Below, in pieces: positions 53,440 to 62,442 of a stretch of 62,851 bases of DNA (position 1 is the stretch's first letter; each line of letters begins with the position of its first letter). Origin of the DNA: Minisyncoccota bacterium (GTDB lineage: Bacteria; Patescibacteriota; Minisyncoccia; UBA6257; 2-01-FULL-56-20); contig JARLIC010000029.1 of the NCBI GenBank assembly GCA_031291905.1, forward strand, positions 1 through 62,851. Reading direction: 5' to 3'. A program made the translations under genes and the position numbers. The notes below the pieces were generated by a model that was not told the origin of the DNA, made no database searches, and saw only the letters and a list, made by a program, of their open reading frames with translations.

Positions 53440-54165
53440 TTATTCGCGCGGACGGCGATTATTTACGGCATTGCGCGGTTCGTTCTCGCGCGGCTTGTCG
53501 TCGCCCTCCTTCTTTTCGAAGATCTCTCCCTTGTAGATCCACACCCGGATGCCAATTGTACCATAGGTCGTGAACGCTGTCGAGGTTCCGTAATCGATGT
53601 CCGCGCGAAGCGTCGCGAGCGGAAGGGATCCGTTCGAAAGATGCTCGCGGCGGGCGATCTCGTTGCCATCCAACCGGCCGGCGAGCGCGACCTTGGCGCC
53701 CTTCACGTCGCGGTTCTGCATGATCTGGTCGAGATACTTCTTCATAGTGCGGCGGAAGCGGATGCGTTTTTCGAGGTCCCACGCGATCTGCTGGGCGACA
53801 TACTTTGAGGACACTTCCGTGCGCTTAAGCTCTTCCACGTTGAGGCTGAGCGCGATCTTGCTCTCGGTCTTGCGAACCTTCTTAAGCGCAGCAACGATGT
53901 CCTTATTGAGATCCTCCATGCCCTTTCCGCCGCGACCGATGATGAGCCCCGGACGCGCCGCGCGGATGAAGACGCGGAGATTGCCCTGCGTGCGCTCGAT
54001 CTCGATGGCCGCAACGCCGGCAAGCGCGATCTTCTTGTTGATCGTGTTGCGGATCGCCTCGTCCTCTTCGAGGAACTGCGGATAGCCGCCCTTAATGAAC
54101 CAGCGCACCGGCCAGCCCTTCGATATCCCCAACCTATATGAATTTGGATTGATCTTTTGTCCCAT
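53440..54165 (-). CDS. rpsC: 30S ribosomal protein S3
   Basis: MGQKINPNSYRLGI..., KH domain, charged C-terminal tail. Confidence 0.97.
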   Translation of the reverse strand: MGQKINPNSYRLGISKGWPVRWFIKGGYPQFLEEDEAIRNTINKKIALAGVAAIEIERTQGNLRVFIRAARPGLIIGRGGKGMEDLNKDIVAALKKVRKTESKIALSLNVEELKRTEVSSKYVAQQIAWDLEKRIRFRRTMKKYLDQIMQNRDVKGAKVALAGRLDGNEIARREHLSNGSLPLATLRADIDYGTSTAFTTYGTIGIRVWIYKGEIFEKKEGDDKPRENEPRNAVNNRRPRE

Positions 54166-54173
54166 GGTATTCG

Positions 54174-54704
54174 TTATTCGCCCATTCCGGCTTTACGGCT
54201 GAATGTGCGCTTCCAGAAGTTGTTCTTGCCGTCCTTCTTGTTCGGCTCGCCGCCTTCCTGCTCCGGCTTTACAGAACGTTTCTTCGCGGTGCGCGTCTTC
54301 GGATCTTCCGTCGGCGCCGGTTTCTTCTTTTTCGGAGGCACGATGGTGAAGCGGGACTTCAATTTCTCGTTCACGCCGAGCACGAGCGTCACGTGGCTCA
54401 TCTTCTTCTGTATCGGCGATGCGCTTCCGCGGGCGCGGGGCAGCATGCGCTTCAGCATCGGTCCGCCGTCAACGCGAACGTTTACGACATACAGATGATG
54501 AAGTTCCGCCAGCCCGTTATTTTTAGCATTTGCGACCGCCGAACGCAAGAGTTTGAGGAGCGGCTTCGAAGGACGGCGCGTCTGCATGAGAAGCTGCGCC
54601 TCCGCCTCGTTCGCCGGAAGTCCTTTGATGAGGTCTCCAACGCTCCGCACTTTGCGCGGCGCCATCCTGAGGTAACTGAGTTTTGCGGTATATTCCTTTT
54701 CCAT
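54174..54704 (-). CDS. rplV: 50S ribosomal protein L22 (with long basic C-terminal extension)
   Basis: LRMAPRKVRSVGDLIKG core, followed by about 60 extra K/P/E-rich residues. Confidence 0.93.
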   Translation of the reverse strand: MEKEYTAKLSYLRMAPRKVRSVGDLIKGLPANEAEAQLLMQTRRPSKPLLKLLRSAVANAKNNGLAELHHLYVVNVRVDGGPMLKRMLPRARGSASPIQKKMSHVTLVLGVNEKLKSRFTIVPPKKKKPAPTEDPKTRTAKKRSVKPEQEGGEPNKKDGKNNFWKRTFSRKAGMGE

Positions 54705-54728
54705 GGGATTTGGCTGGTTTGGAGCTTG

Positions 54729-55070
54729 TTATTTCTTCTTCGCCGGTGCGGCCTTTGCGGCCTGCGCCTGGCTCTTTTGGGCATCCGCGGTCTTTATCTC
54801 GAGCTCCTTCTGCATCTTGCCTCCGTGGCGCACGAACTTCTTCGTCGGCGAAAACTCGCCAAGGCGATGGCCGACCATCTCCTCCGTCACGCGCACCTCG
54901 ATGAACGCCTTCCCGTTGTGCACGCCGAAGATATGTCCCACCATTTCCGGTGCGATCTCCGATGCGCGCGACCAGGTCTTCACCACAACGCCGCTCCCGG
55001 TCTGGAGCACCGATATCTTCTTCAATAATTTCGGATCGACGTACGGTCCTTTTTTGAGTGAACGTGACAT
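54729..55070 (-). CDS. rpsS: 30S ribosomal protein S19 (with Ala/Lys-rich C-terminal extension)
   Basis: [18 protein letters not shown]...GHRLGEF core. Confidence 0.96.
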   Translation of the reverse strand: MSRSLKKGPYVDPKLLKKISVLQTGSGVVVKTWSRASEIAPEMVGHIFGVHNGKAFIEVRVTEEMVGHRLGEFSPTKKFVRHGGKMQKELEIKTADAQKSQAQAAKAAPAKKK

Positions 55071-55075
55071 GGTGG

Positions 55076-55924
55076 TTATTTATTGTTGGCGTTTCGCTTG
55101 CTGACCCGGCGCTTCACGATGAACTTGTTCGATTTCTTCTTCTTGTTGCGCGTCTTGTGTCCGCCGGTCACCTTACCCCACATCGTCTTCGGCTTGCGGG
55201 TGCCGCGCGGCTGGGCGCCTTCACCTCCGCCGTACGGGTGGTCAACCGGGTTCATTGCACTGCCGCGCACCGTCGGGCGGATACCCAACCAGCGCGAGCG
55301 TCCCGCCTTTCCGAAATTCACGAGGCTCCACTCGGCGTTCGAGACCTGTCCGAGCGATGCAAGGCACGTCCACTGCACGCGGCGCACCTCACCGGAGTTC
55401 AGCTTGAGATCGGTGTAACCGTCCGCGTTCGCGAGCACTTCCGCATACAATCCCGCGGAGCGCGCGAGCTGGCCGCCGCGTCCCGGCTTCATCTCGATAT
55501 TATGGACCTGCGTACCGACGGAAACGTTCTTGAGCTGCATGCGATTGCCGGGCCTCAACGGCGCGGACTCGGCGGTGATGATCTCGTCGCCAACCGAAAG
55601 TTTTTCCGGAGCCAAAATGTAAGAAAGCGTACCGTCACCGTACTGCACCTTGGCGATGAATGCCGTGCGATACGGATCGTATTCCAACGATTGCACGACC
55701 GCTTTTTCGTTCATGCGGTTCTGTTTGAAATCGATGATGCGGTAAAGCTTCTTATTCCCGCCGCCCTGATGACGCGTAGTGATGCGGCCCTGCGAGTTCC
55801 TGCCGGCGTGGGAGGTAAGGCGCTTCAAAAGCGGCTTATGAGGCTTGACGCCCTTGGTAAGCGAGCTGTAGTCCGAAGAGGTCATATTGCGCCGCGAAGC
55901 GCTTGTGGGCTTGAAGGATTTCAT
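55076..55924 (-). CDS. rplB: 50S ribosomal protein L2
   Basis: 282 aa with [16 protein letters not shown] and [13 protein letters not shown] motifs. Confidence 0.97.
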   Translation of the reverse strand: MKSFKPTSASRRNMTSSDYSSLTKGVKPHKPLLKRLTSHAGRNSQGRITTRHQGGGNKKLYRIIDFKQNRMNEKAVVQSLEYDPYRTAFIAKVQYGDGTLSYILAPEKLSVGDEIITAESAPLRPGNRMQLKNVSVGTQVHNIEMKPGRGGQLARSAGLYAEVLANADGYTDLKLNSGEVRRVQWTCLASLGQVSNAEWSLVNFGKAGRSRWLGIRPTVRGSAMNPVDHPYGGGEGAQPRGTRKPKTMWGKVTGGHKTRNKKKKSNKFIVKRRVSKRNANNK

Positions 55925-55928
55925 GGAA

Positions 55929-56207
55929 TTAGTTCACGTCTATTTTCTGGCCGTCCTTAATGGTGACGATCGCTTTGCGATATCCTTCCTGAACACCTTT
56001 CCGGTTGCCGCCGAAGCGTTTGTGCTTCTCGGGGCGGTTCACCATGTTCACCGCGATCACATCCACTTTATAGAGCGCATGGATCGCCTTCTTCACTTCC
56101 GGCTTTGCCGCATCACGGTGCACCAGGAACACGTACTGGTTTGCCAGTGCGCCGGCGGTCGCCTTCTCCGTGATCCACGGTTTTTTGATGATCGAGGTGT
56201 TTACCAT
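55929..56207 (-). CDS. rplW: 50S ribosomal protein L23
   Basis: 92 aa with ITEKA......YVFLV....K.EVK.A.. pattern. Confidence 0.93.
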   Translation of the reverse strand: MVNTSIIKKPWITEKATAGALANQYVFLVHRDAAKPEVKKAIHALYKVDVIAVNMVNRPEKHKRFGGNRKGVQEGYRKAIVTIKDGQKIDVN

Positions 56208-56212
56208 GTCGG

Positions 56213-56857
56213 TTATATCTTATAGTGCTTTTCGATCGACGCGACCACCTCTTTATCGATAAAAAGGTTCTTGTAGTTCAACACATCGTAAATATTCAAA
56301 GAATCCGCCGAAAGGACCTTCGTCTTTTCAAGATTCGATGCCGCACGGAAGAGGTTCTTGTTCGCGGTATCCGAAACGAGCAGCACATCGTAGCGCTTGC
56401 CGCCCTTCCGGAGCGTAATGGAGTTCGAAAGTGCCGTCGCGAGCTCTTTGGTCTTCGGCTTCTCGATCACGAGCGTATCGAATATCTTCACTTCGCCGTC
56501 CTTCACCTTCCGCGAAAGGGCCGCGAAAAGCGCGACGCGCTTCATCTTCTTGTTCACTTTCTGCGAATAGTCCTTGTCGTTGCGGGGACCATGGGATTTG
56601 CCACCACCGACCCAGATCGGAGAACGAGTCGAACCGTGCCGCGCGCGGCCGGTACCCTTCTGACGCCACGGTTTTTTGCCGCCGCCACGAACTTCGCTGC
56701 GATCCATAACGTGGGCCCACGGATCGCGAGCATTCGCCAATTGTGCATCGAGCACCTGCTTTACGATCGTCGGATTCCATTTCGTACCGAAAACACCCGC
56801 CGGCAGATCGATCGATCCCACCACCTCGTTCTTTAAATTGTAGACGTCGGTCTTCAT
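56213..56857 (-). CDS. rplD: 50S ribosomal protein L4
   Basis: RGGGKKPWRQKGTGRARHGSTRSPIWVGGG motif. Confidence 0.96.
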   Translation of the reverse strand: MKTDVYNLKNEVVGSIDLPAGVFGTKWNPTIVKQVLDAQLANARDPWAHVMDRSEVRGGGKKPWRQKGTGRARHGSTRSPIWVGGGKSHGPRNDKDYSQKVNKKMKRVALFAALSRKVKDGEVKIFDTLVIEKPKTKELATALSNSITLRKGGKRYDVLLVSDTANKNLFRAASNLEKTKVLSADSLNIYDVLNYKNLFIDKEVVASIEKHYKI

Positions 56858-56861
56858 ATCG

Positions 56862-57425
56862 TTATTTCACGTTTGCGATCTCGATCAGGCCGCCGCGGCC
56901 GCCCGGAACCGCTCCCTTCAGGAATATCAAATTGTTCTCTTTGTCGATGGCCGCCACCACAAGGTTCTTGATGGTGATGCGCTCGACACCCATGTGGCCC
57001 GCCATGCGACGGCCCGGAACGACGCGCTGGAATGCGGTCGAGCCGATGGAGCCCGGAGCGCGATGACGATTCTTCTGGCCGTGGGTCTTCGGACCTCCGG
57101 CGAAATTATGGCGTTTTACGACACCCTGGAATCCGCGACCCTTCATGATGCCGCTCACGCGGACCTTGTCCCCCTCTTTAAATGAGTCGACCGAGATCTC
57201 GTTGTCGACCGCCATGGTCGACATATCGATCGGCTGCGACTTGCGATTGGGGAATTCGCGCTTCTTCTTACCCAAAGATACCTGGACGGCCTCGTAGCCA
57301 TCGCGTTCGGAGGTACGCACAATAGAGACCTTGTTAGGCTCTGCGTGGATAACCGTAACCGGAACGACTTTGCCGTCTTTCCAGATCTGGGTCATTTTCA
57401 GTTTTTTGCCGAGTATAAAGGACAT
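56862..57425 (-). CDS. rplC: 50S ribosomal protein L3 (short form, 187 aa)
   Basis: GKKLKMTQIW...GIMKGRGFQGVVKRHNFAGGPKTHG motif. Confidence 0.96.
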   Translation of the reverse strand: MSFILGKKLKMTQIWKDGKVVPVTVIHAEPNKVSIVRTSERDGYEAVQVSLGKKKREFPNRKSQPIDMSTMAVDNEISVDSFKEGDKVRVSGIMKGRGFQGVVKRHNFAGGPKTHGQKNRHRAPGSIGSTAFQRVVPGRRMAGHMGVERITIKNLVVAAIDKENNLIFLKGAVPGGRGGLIEIANVK

Positions 57426-57486
57426 TGCTTTGAATTAATGTCTTGGGCTTGGACAGGGGCCGCCGCCGGCCATGGTCCTCAAGCTC

Positions 57487-57512
57487 AAAAAAAATCGGGG
57501 AATATTCCCGGA
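57487..57512 (-). terminator. intrinsic terminator (attenuator) inside the rplC leader
   Basis: CCGGGAA-UA-UUCCCCG followed by U8 (57487-57494), 61 nt upstream of the rplC ATG. Confidence 0.6.
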
Positions 57513-57675
57513 TGTTTTATAAACCACTATCGAAGCCGCCTCTTAAGGAGACAGCGATTTTCGCCCCAAAGAGAGGCGGGCATCCTCGCCCTCGAGAAGG
57601 GCAGGTGCCAAGGAGAAACGATTCCCGTTTTCCCACAAAAAATAGTGATTCGCATAAACGTCCGAGGAAACCTTG
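57487..57675 (-). promoter_or_regulatory. ~190 nt structured leader RNA of the rplC operon (candidate r-protein autoregulatory attenuator)
   Basis: Lies between a consensus promoter and the attenuator. The 5' ~28 nt can pair with the 3' ~27 nt, including the 5' half of the terminator stem. Confidence 0.5.
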
Positions 57676-57681
57676 ATAGAG

Positions 57682-57709
57682 ATTATAGCAAAAGGGGTTC
57701 CAATGTCAA
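57682..57709 (-). promoter_or_regulatory. consensus sigma70-type promoter (TTGACA-16-TATAAT)
   Basis: -35 at 57704-57709 and -10 at 57682-57687 on the minus strand; both hexamers match the consensus perfectly. Confidence 0.65.
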
Positions 57710-57751
57710 ATCCCTGGCGGATTCGGGCCGTCCTCTCCCCCGGCGATCCCT

Positions 57752-57780
57752 AAAAAAAGGCCGCACGGAATCGCGCGGCC
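57752..57780 (-). terminator. intrinsic terminator after the 57796-58290 gene
   Basis: GGCCGCGCGAUUCCGUGCGGCC followed by U7. Confidence 0.65.
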
Positions 57781-57795
57781 GATGCTTTCGATCGT

Positions 57796-58290
57796 TCACC
57801 CTACAAGCCGAACGGACGATTTGGGAGATATCGCCCTCCATTTTTCCCCGCCCACGGGCAGTTTTCCGGAGAGTTCGCCGGCGAACGAAGGCTGCTTGGA
57901 AGATGGCGCCGAGAACGCAACGACGATTTTATGGGCATACTCGCTGCCGTCGTCATCCCGCGCGGTCACTCCCGAAATGGAAAGGTTGTAGTGCGCGGTG
58001 GCGGTCGCCATTTTCCGGTAACGGATGCCCCCGCGTTCCGTCTTCCACAAAATATATATCGTGCTGACCCCGCGTACCCTGGAGATCGCCTTGACCGCCG
58101 CAACATCCCTACGACAACTTGGATGCTCCGGAAAATGAAGCTCTCCGTCGATCCGTGCCGTACGATCGAGATGCCTCAGCCGTTCCTTCACGTCCTGGAG
58201 CCCTATTTCCAAACTCGTTCCGTGCGCCGTCATGACCCATCCTCCTTGCGATATTCCTACGGAATAATTATACAACATCGTCGCCTTCAT
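57796..58290 (-). CDS. hypothetical protein (divergent from the large secreted protein gene)
   Basis: It is the only ORF with its own terminator in this gap. Start is uncertain (58290, 58278 or 58344). No family recognised. Confidence 0.4.
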   Translation of the reverse strand: MKATMLYNYSVGISQGGWVMTAHGTSLEIGLQDVKERLRHLDRTARIDGELHFPEHPSCRRDVAAVKAISRVRGVSTIYILWKTERGGIRYRKMATATAHYNLSISGVTARDDDGSEYAHKIVVAFSAPSSKQPSFAGELSGKLPVGGEKWRAISPKSSVRLVG

Positions 58291-58336
58291 CTTTCCTTGA
58301 GGTTTTCTTTCGGGAGCGCGTGCTAGCATATCGCCC

Positions 58337-61300
58337 ATGACCACACAAAAAATATTGCGTTATGCTTTCTGTTTCTCCCTGATTCTCTTCGGTGTTTTTG
58401 CCGCATATCCGGCCCATGCTTCGATCATCATCGCCCAGCAGACGGACGGCTCGCTGAGCGGGAGCACAGTACTGCGGTGTAATACTTGCGCGAACATCAC
58501 GGCAGGATCGCAGCCGTTCATCGCGTCCATTTCCGGCGCGCTCGGTTCGATCGCGGTGTTCACGTCAGGCTTCGGCACGATGAGCCGGAATGCCGACACA
58601 AACGATTGCTACATGACGGTCTCCGATCAGGATACCGGTGCGCTACTCGCGCGATCGGACAATGGGTTCAATGGATCCCGTTGCGGCGGCGACCTCGTGT
58701 TCACATTCAAAGATTCCCGCCCGTTCCTACACGAGGGAAACCATTACCGATGGGATTTCATCTTCGGCGGATTGAATTGGACCAGTATCGCGTTTGCGGG
58801 AAGCGCCGACGATACCGCGGGCGGATCGTTCAGTGTGCCGCCGCTCGTAAATGCCGAGTTTAAAGTATTTGCCGCGCTCGAACCTCCGGAGTCCCTCGTT
58901 CAATTCCTCGCGGACGGAGCAACAACACTCGCCCATGGTGGAATCTCCGGTTCCTCCGCGGTGACGCTCGGTGCCACTCTTTCTTCTTTACTCCCTGACC
59001 TTCTTCATCTGCAGATAGAGCTGAAACCTTCCTATGTGGCGTTTACGGGAGAGCCCAATATGGAAAGCCAACTTGTTTCGTCCGGATCGACGACGCAGAT
59101 CGGTTCCGCGGGCCTCCCGAATGGAGGCTATCACTGGCAGGCACGCGCCGCCGATGCCGACGGAAATACTTCCCTGTGGCAGGCGAGTGACGATTCCGCT
59201 GGCGGCCCCGACTTCGTTGTTTACGATCCGGCGCAAGGGATCATCCTCCAGGACATGACCACGATATACGGCAGAAGTGCGCAGCCGGTCGCATGTATGG
59301 AGTACGAAACGATGCTTTCCTGCGCGCTCTTCCCCTTTCCGGTCGATTATAGGGTCGGCACGCCGTTCACCATCTCAAAGATCATTTTTAACTGGAGCAA
59401 TGGCGGTTATAACAACTGCGACGATGTCGGACATTATGGCGCGGTCATCACTGCGTCCGCAGCCACGGACGACGCCTCCTTGATCCTTGCAACGTCTACG
59501 AACACCGCGTACCTCGGGTGTGCCGGCCCTACCGGACAAGGCGGCGCGGCCGAGCTGGACTTCAACGGAGAGACCATACCCGCAAACTTCCACTTCTCGC
59601 TTGCCGCGTTCGATAAAGCATTACAGGGAGGATCTGCGGTTTCCGTTTCCCGCGTCACCATTTATGGCACACCTTCCGCGCCCGCCGAGACCCAGCGGGA
59701 ACCGGTAGTGATCGTGCCGGGAATGCTCGGATCGCGGCTCGACAAGGTCTCGGACGGACAAGAAGTGTGGCCCGACGCGAATGCCATGCTCCTTTCCGGA
59801 TCGGATTCCTATCTGGACGATCTTTCTCTTTCCCGCTCCGGCGCGCAGATCTCCGGAATGGAGATGACCCCCTCGGACATCATCCGCACCGTCACCACTT
59901 CCATTCCTTTTTCCGGCCAGGATTTCTACGGCCCACTCCTCGATTCCCTTGTATCTATGGGATACCGGGAAGGGACCGACCTGTTCGTCGCTCCTTACGA
60001 CTGGCGCCTCGACATCGCAAGTTCCGCCGCATCCATCGATCCCGTCATACGGAACGCGATCGCACATTCTCCGGACGGCAAGATCGACATTGTCGCACAC
60101 AGCATGGGCGGCCTTGTGATCAGGGACTATCTGTCGCACACAGCCGACACTTCATTCGTGAACAAGCTTGTCCTTGCGGGCATACCCCAGCTCGGCGCGC
60201 CGCAGATGTTCAAGGCGCTCGAATATGGCGACGACTTGGGCTTCCATGTCGGTCCGTTCGAACTGCTGGATCCCGCCGAAGTGAAATCGATATCCCAGAA
60301 CATGCCGGCGGCATACGAACTCCTTCCTTCGCGCCGCTACGATACCGTGCAAGGAGGCTATGTGACCGACAACAGGAACGGAGACCATACCGTGCTGGAC
60401 TTCGGCCATATCAACGAGTTCCTTCTCTCTTCCTCCACCGATCCCCGTAACCCCATGCTCCTTGCCCAAGCCGATCTTTTCCATGTCACGCAGGACGGTG
60501 CGGCAACGAACGCGCCGGAGGTCTACAACATCGTCGGGTGCCAGAATCCATCGACGGCGTACGGGTTCGTGCTTGGTGACGGCGGCGATGCCGACATCGT
60601 TCGCGGCGCCGGCGACGGGACCGTACCGGTCTTCTCCGCAATGAATCTTGCGAACGATTACCGGAATTATTTCTCCTTATATTCCGAAAACGGCGTCGAC
60701 CACGCGGGCCTTGTCCGCGACCGTCGGCCGATCGCGCTTATCGACGCGATCCTCGGCAACGCCACTTCAACGCTCGACCTCAACCCTCTCGGCATATCCA
60801 CCTCGACACAGGACTGCCTTCAGGGACGATCCCAATTTCACGGGGCGACGACGATCGAAATAAGCGCTTACGGCGCTATCGCCCTCAATGTATACGATTC
60901 GGAAGGTCGCCACAGCGGCCCCTCCGACGCGAGTGAAGACGGTACATCAGACCTCCAGATACCGGGAAGCGATTATCAGACCATCGGCGAGAACAGCTTT
61001 ATACTCCTTCCCGCTTCCGACACCTATCGTATTGTCGGCGTCGCAAAGCACCCGAGCTTTTTCACTATGAAGATAAAATCCTACGGCGATACGGCGGACA
61101 TTCTCGGCACGACAAGTTATGTGCAGGTACCGCTCGCCTCATCGTCGACCATTGCAACGCTCACGGTATCAAGTTCGACCCTTTCGCCCGCCATTTCGCT
61201 GACCGAAGGTGATGAAGGCAATGCGACGTCCACCATTCCGCCGACCGCGGTCCTTTCCCCCACGGACGGCGCCGACGTGACGCCTCCCGTCATCACCATG

Positions 61301-61654
61301 CCGGAAATCGCGCCTGTCGTATCTTTCGGCACGCCGATAACCTTCGCTTTTTCCGCAACCGACGATCTTTCCGGCATTGCATCGATCGCCGCAACCCTGG
61401 ATGGAACGACTATCGAAAATGGTACAATCTTGAAAGATATTCCCGCAGGGACGCATACGTTCCGGCTCGAGGCCGTCGACAGCGCGGGGAATCCGCGCAT
61501 CGGAGCGATCGTGTTCCAAGTGACACCAATGACGCCCGCGACGACCACGGGCACGGGCACGGGCGGTAGTTCCGTCATTCAGGTTCCCGTTCCACCGGCA
61601 AGCTCCTCTTCCGCGACCACGACGCCCCGCTGCAAAAAGAAAACATCTCCCTAA
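58337..61654 (+). CDS. large secreted multidomain protein with central alpha/beta-hydrolase (LCAT/PGAP1-like lipase) domain and Ig-like domains
   Basis: Signal peptide ...FAAYPAHA, VVIVPGMLGSRL and IDIVAHSMGGLVIRDY (GXSXG nucleophile elbow), and C-terminal Ig-like repeats (FAFSATDDLSGIASI, HTFRLEAVDSAGN). Confidence 0.75.
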   Translation: MTTQKILRYAFCFSLILFGVFAAYPAHASIIIAQQTDGSLSGSTVLRCNTCANITAGSQPFIASISGALGSIAVFTSGFGTMSRNADTNDCYMTVSDQDTGALLARSDNGFNGSRCGGDLVFTFKDSRPFLHEGNHYRWDFIFGGLNWTSIAFAGSADDTAGGSFSVPPLVNAEFKVFAALEPPESLVQFLADGATTLAHGGISGSSAVTLGATLSSLLPDLLHLQIELKPSYVAFTGEPNMESQLVSSGSTTQIGSAGLPNGGYHWQARAADADGNTSLWQASDDSAGGPDFVVYDPAQGIILQDMTTIYGRSAQPVACMEYETMLSCALFPFPVDYRVGTPFTISKIIFNWSNGGYNNCDDVGHYGAVITASAATDDASLILATSTNTAYLGCAGPTGQGGAAELDFNGETIPANFHFSLAAFDKALQGGSAVSVSRVTIYGTPSAPAETQREPVVIVPGMLGSRLDKVSDGQEVWPDANAMLLSGSDSYLDDLSLSRSGAQISGMEMTPSDIIRTVTTSIPFSGQDFYGPLLDSLVSMGYREGTDLFVAPYDWRLDIASSAASIDPVIRNAIAHSPDGKIDIVAHSMGGLVIRDYLSHTADTSFVNKLVLAGIPQLGAPQMFKALEYGDDLGFHVGPFELLDPAEVKSISQNMPAAYELLPSRRYDTVQGGYVTDNRNGDHTVLDFGHINEFLLSSSTDPRNPMLLAQADLFHVTQDGAATNAPEVYNIVGCQNPSTAYGFVLGDGGDADIVRGAGDGTVPVFSAMNLANDYRNYFSLYSENGVDHAGLVRDRRPIALIDAILGNATSTLDLNPLGISTSTQDCLQGRSQFHGATTIEISAYGAIALNVYDSEGRHSGPSDASEDGTSDLQIPGSDYQTIGENSFILLPASDTYRIVGVAKHPSFFTMKIKSYGDTADILGTTSYVQVPLASSSTIATLTVSSSTLSPAISLTEGDEGNATSTIPPTAVLSPTDGADVTPPVITMPEIAPVVSFGTPITFAFSATDDLSGIASIAATLDGTTIENGTILKDIPAGTHTFRLEAVDSAGNPRIGAIVFQVTPMTPATTTGTGTGGSSVIQVPVPPASSSSATTTPRCKKKTSP

Positions 61655-61657
61655 TCC

Positions 61658-62014
61658 ATGCCCATGCGATCCTCACGAAAAAAGTACTGTCTTATAAGCG
61701 CCGCAATCGGAGCATTCGGCGCCATGGCGGCGATCGTTTTGGACGTCCCTGATTTTATCGGAATGCTCACGGGAACCGTTCCGCTTTTGCGGAACACCGT
61801 ATTTCTTGAACTCGTTATCCTTTATCTTGCTTTTGCGGCAGTATATCTCGTCGTTCCTGCCTCGTCACGGAGCGCCATCCTCCGTTCCCACCGCGAGCTT
61901 CTTGTTTATTTCCCGCTCTCGGCCGTTTCGTTCCTTGCCGGCTCCATCGCGGGAGCATTGATATGCTTTTTATGTTTCATTGCCGGATTCGGAGCGATAA
62001 GCCCGTTCATGTGA
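61658..62014 (+). CDS. hypothetical membrane protein (3-4 TM helices)
   Basis: Hydrophobic throughout. It begins 4 nt after the stop of the large protein gene and is followed by a terminator. Confidence 0.45.
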   Translation: MPMRSSRKKYCLISAAIGAFGAMAAIVLDVPDFIGMLTGTVPLLRNTVFLELVILYLAFAAVYLVVPASSRSAILRSHRELLVYFPLSAVSFLAGSIAGALICFLCFIAGFGAISPFM

Positions 62015-62041
62015 GGCCGTAACGATCCGCGTCGATCGCAC

Positions 62042-62073
62042 AAAAAATCCCCGTTCAAAACGGGGATTTTTTT
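62042..62073. terminator. bidirectional intrinsic terminator between convergent genes
   Basis: AAAAAATCCCCG-TTCAAAA-CGGGGATTTTTT. Confidence 0.65.
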
Positions 62074-62096
62074 AATGGCAATGATTTACGCAATCG

Positions 62097-62399
62097 CTAA
62101 AGCGACGTCCCCAACTTCTGGCGGATACGCGTTCCGGAGATCTTCCTTACGAAATAGAGCTTCGAGCGGTGCACATTCCTCGGGCTCGAAACGACCTCCA
62201 CTTTTATGATAGCGGGAGAATGGACCGGGTACACCTTTTCCACGCCCACGCCGGCGACGATGGTGCGCACCGTGAACGTCCCTCCTGCCTCCGCGCCGTG
62301 CTTTCGCGCTATCACAAGACCGGTGAACGGGGTCTTGCCCTCGTACACCTTGACCTTCGCTCCCGGCTTTATCTTTTTGAGCACCTCTTCCGCGATCAT
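62097..62399 (-). CDS. rplS: 50S ribosomal protein L19
   Basis: FTGLVIARKHGAEAGGTFTVR...VEKVYPVHSPAI pattern. Confidence 0.93.
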   Translation of the reverse strand: MIAEEVLKKIKPGAKVKVYEGKTPFTGLVIARKHGAEAGGTFTVRTIVAGVGVEKVYPVHSPAIIKVEVVSSPRNVHRSKLYFVRKISGTRIRQKLGTSL

Positions 62400-62442
62400 G
62401 GTAATAGAAAAATAATTTGATGTTTGATGCTTCCGGACGATG

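Noticed and set aside
57487-57675. The rplC-upstream RNA as 6S RNA or SRP (4.5S) RNA.
   Set aside because: The length and the pairing of the ends resemble 6S. However, the interior folds into several separate hairpins rather than one rod with a central bubble. I also see no SRP domain IV motif (GNAR loop with AGCAGCC-type internal loops). The position and the terminator-antiterminator competition fit a cis-acting leader better.
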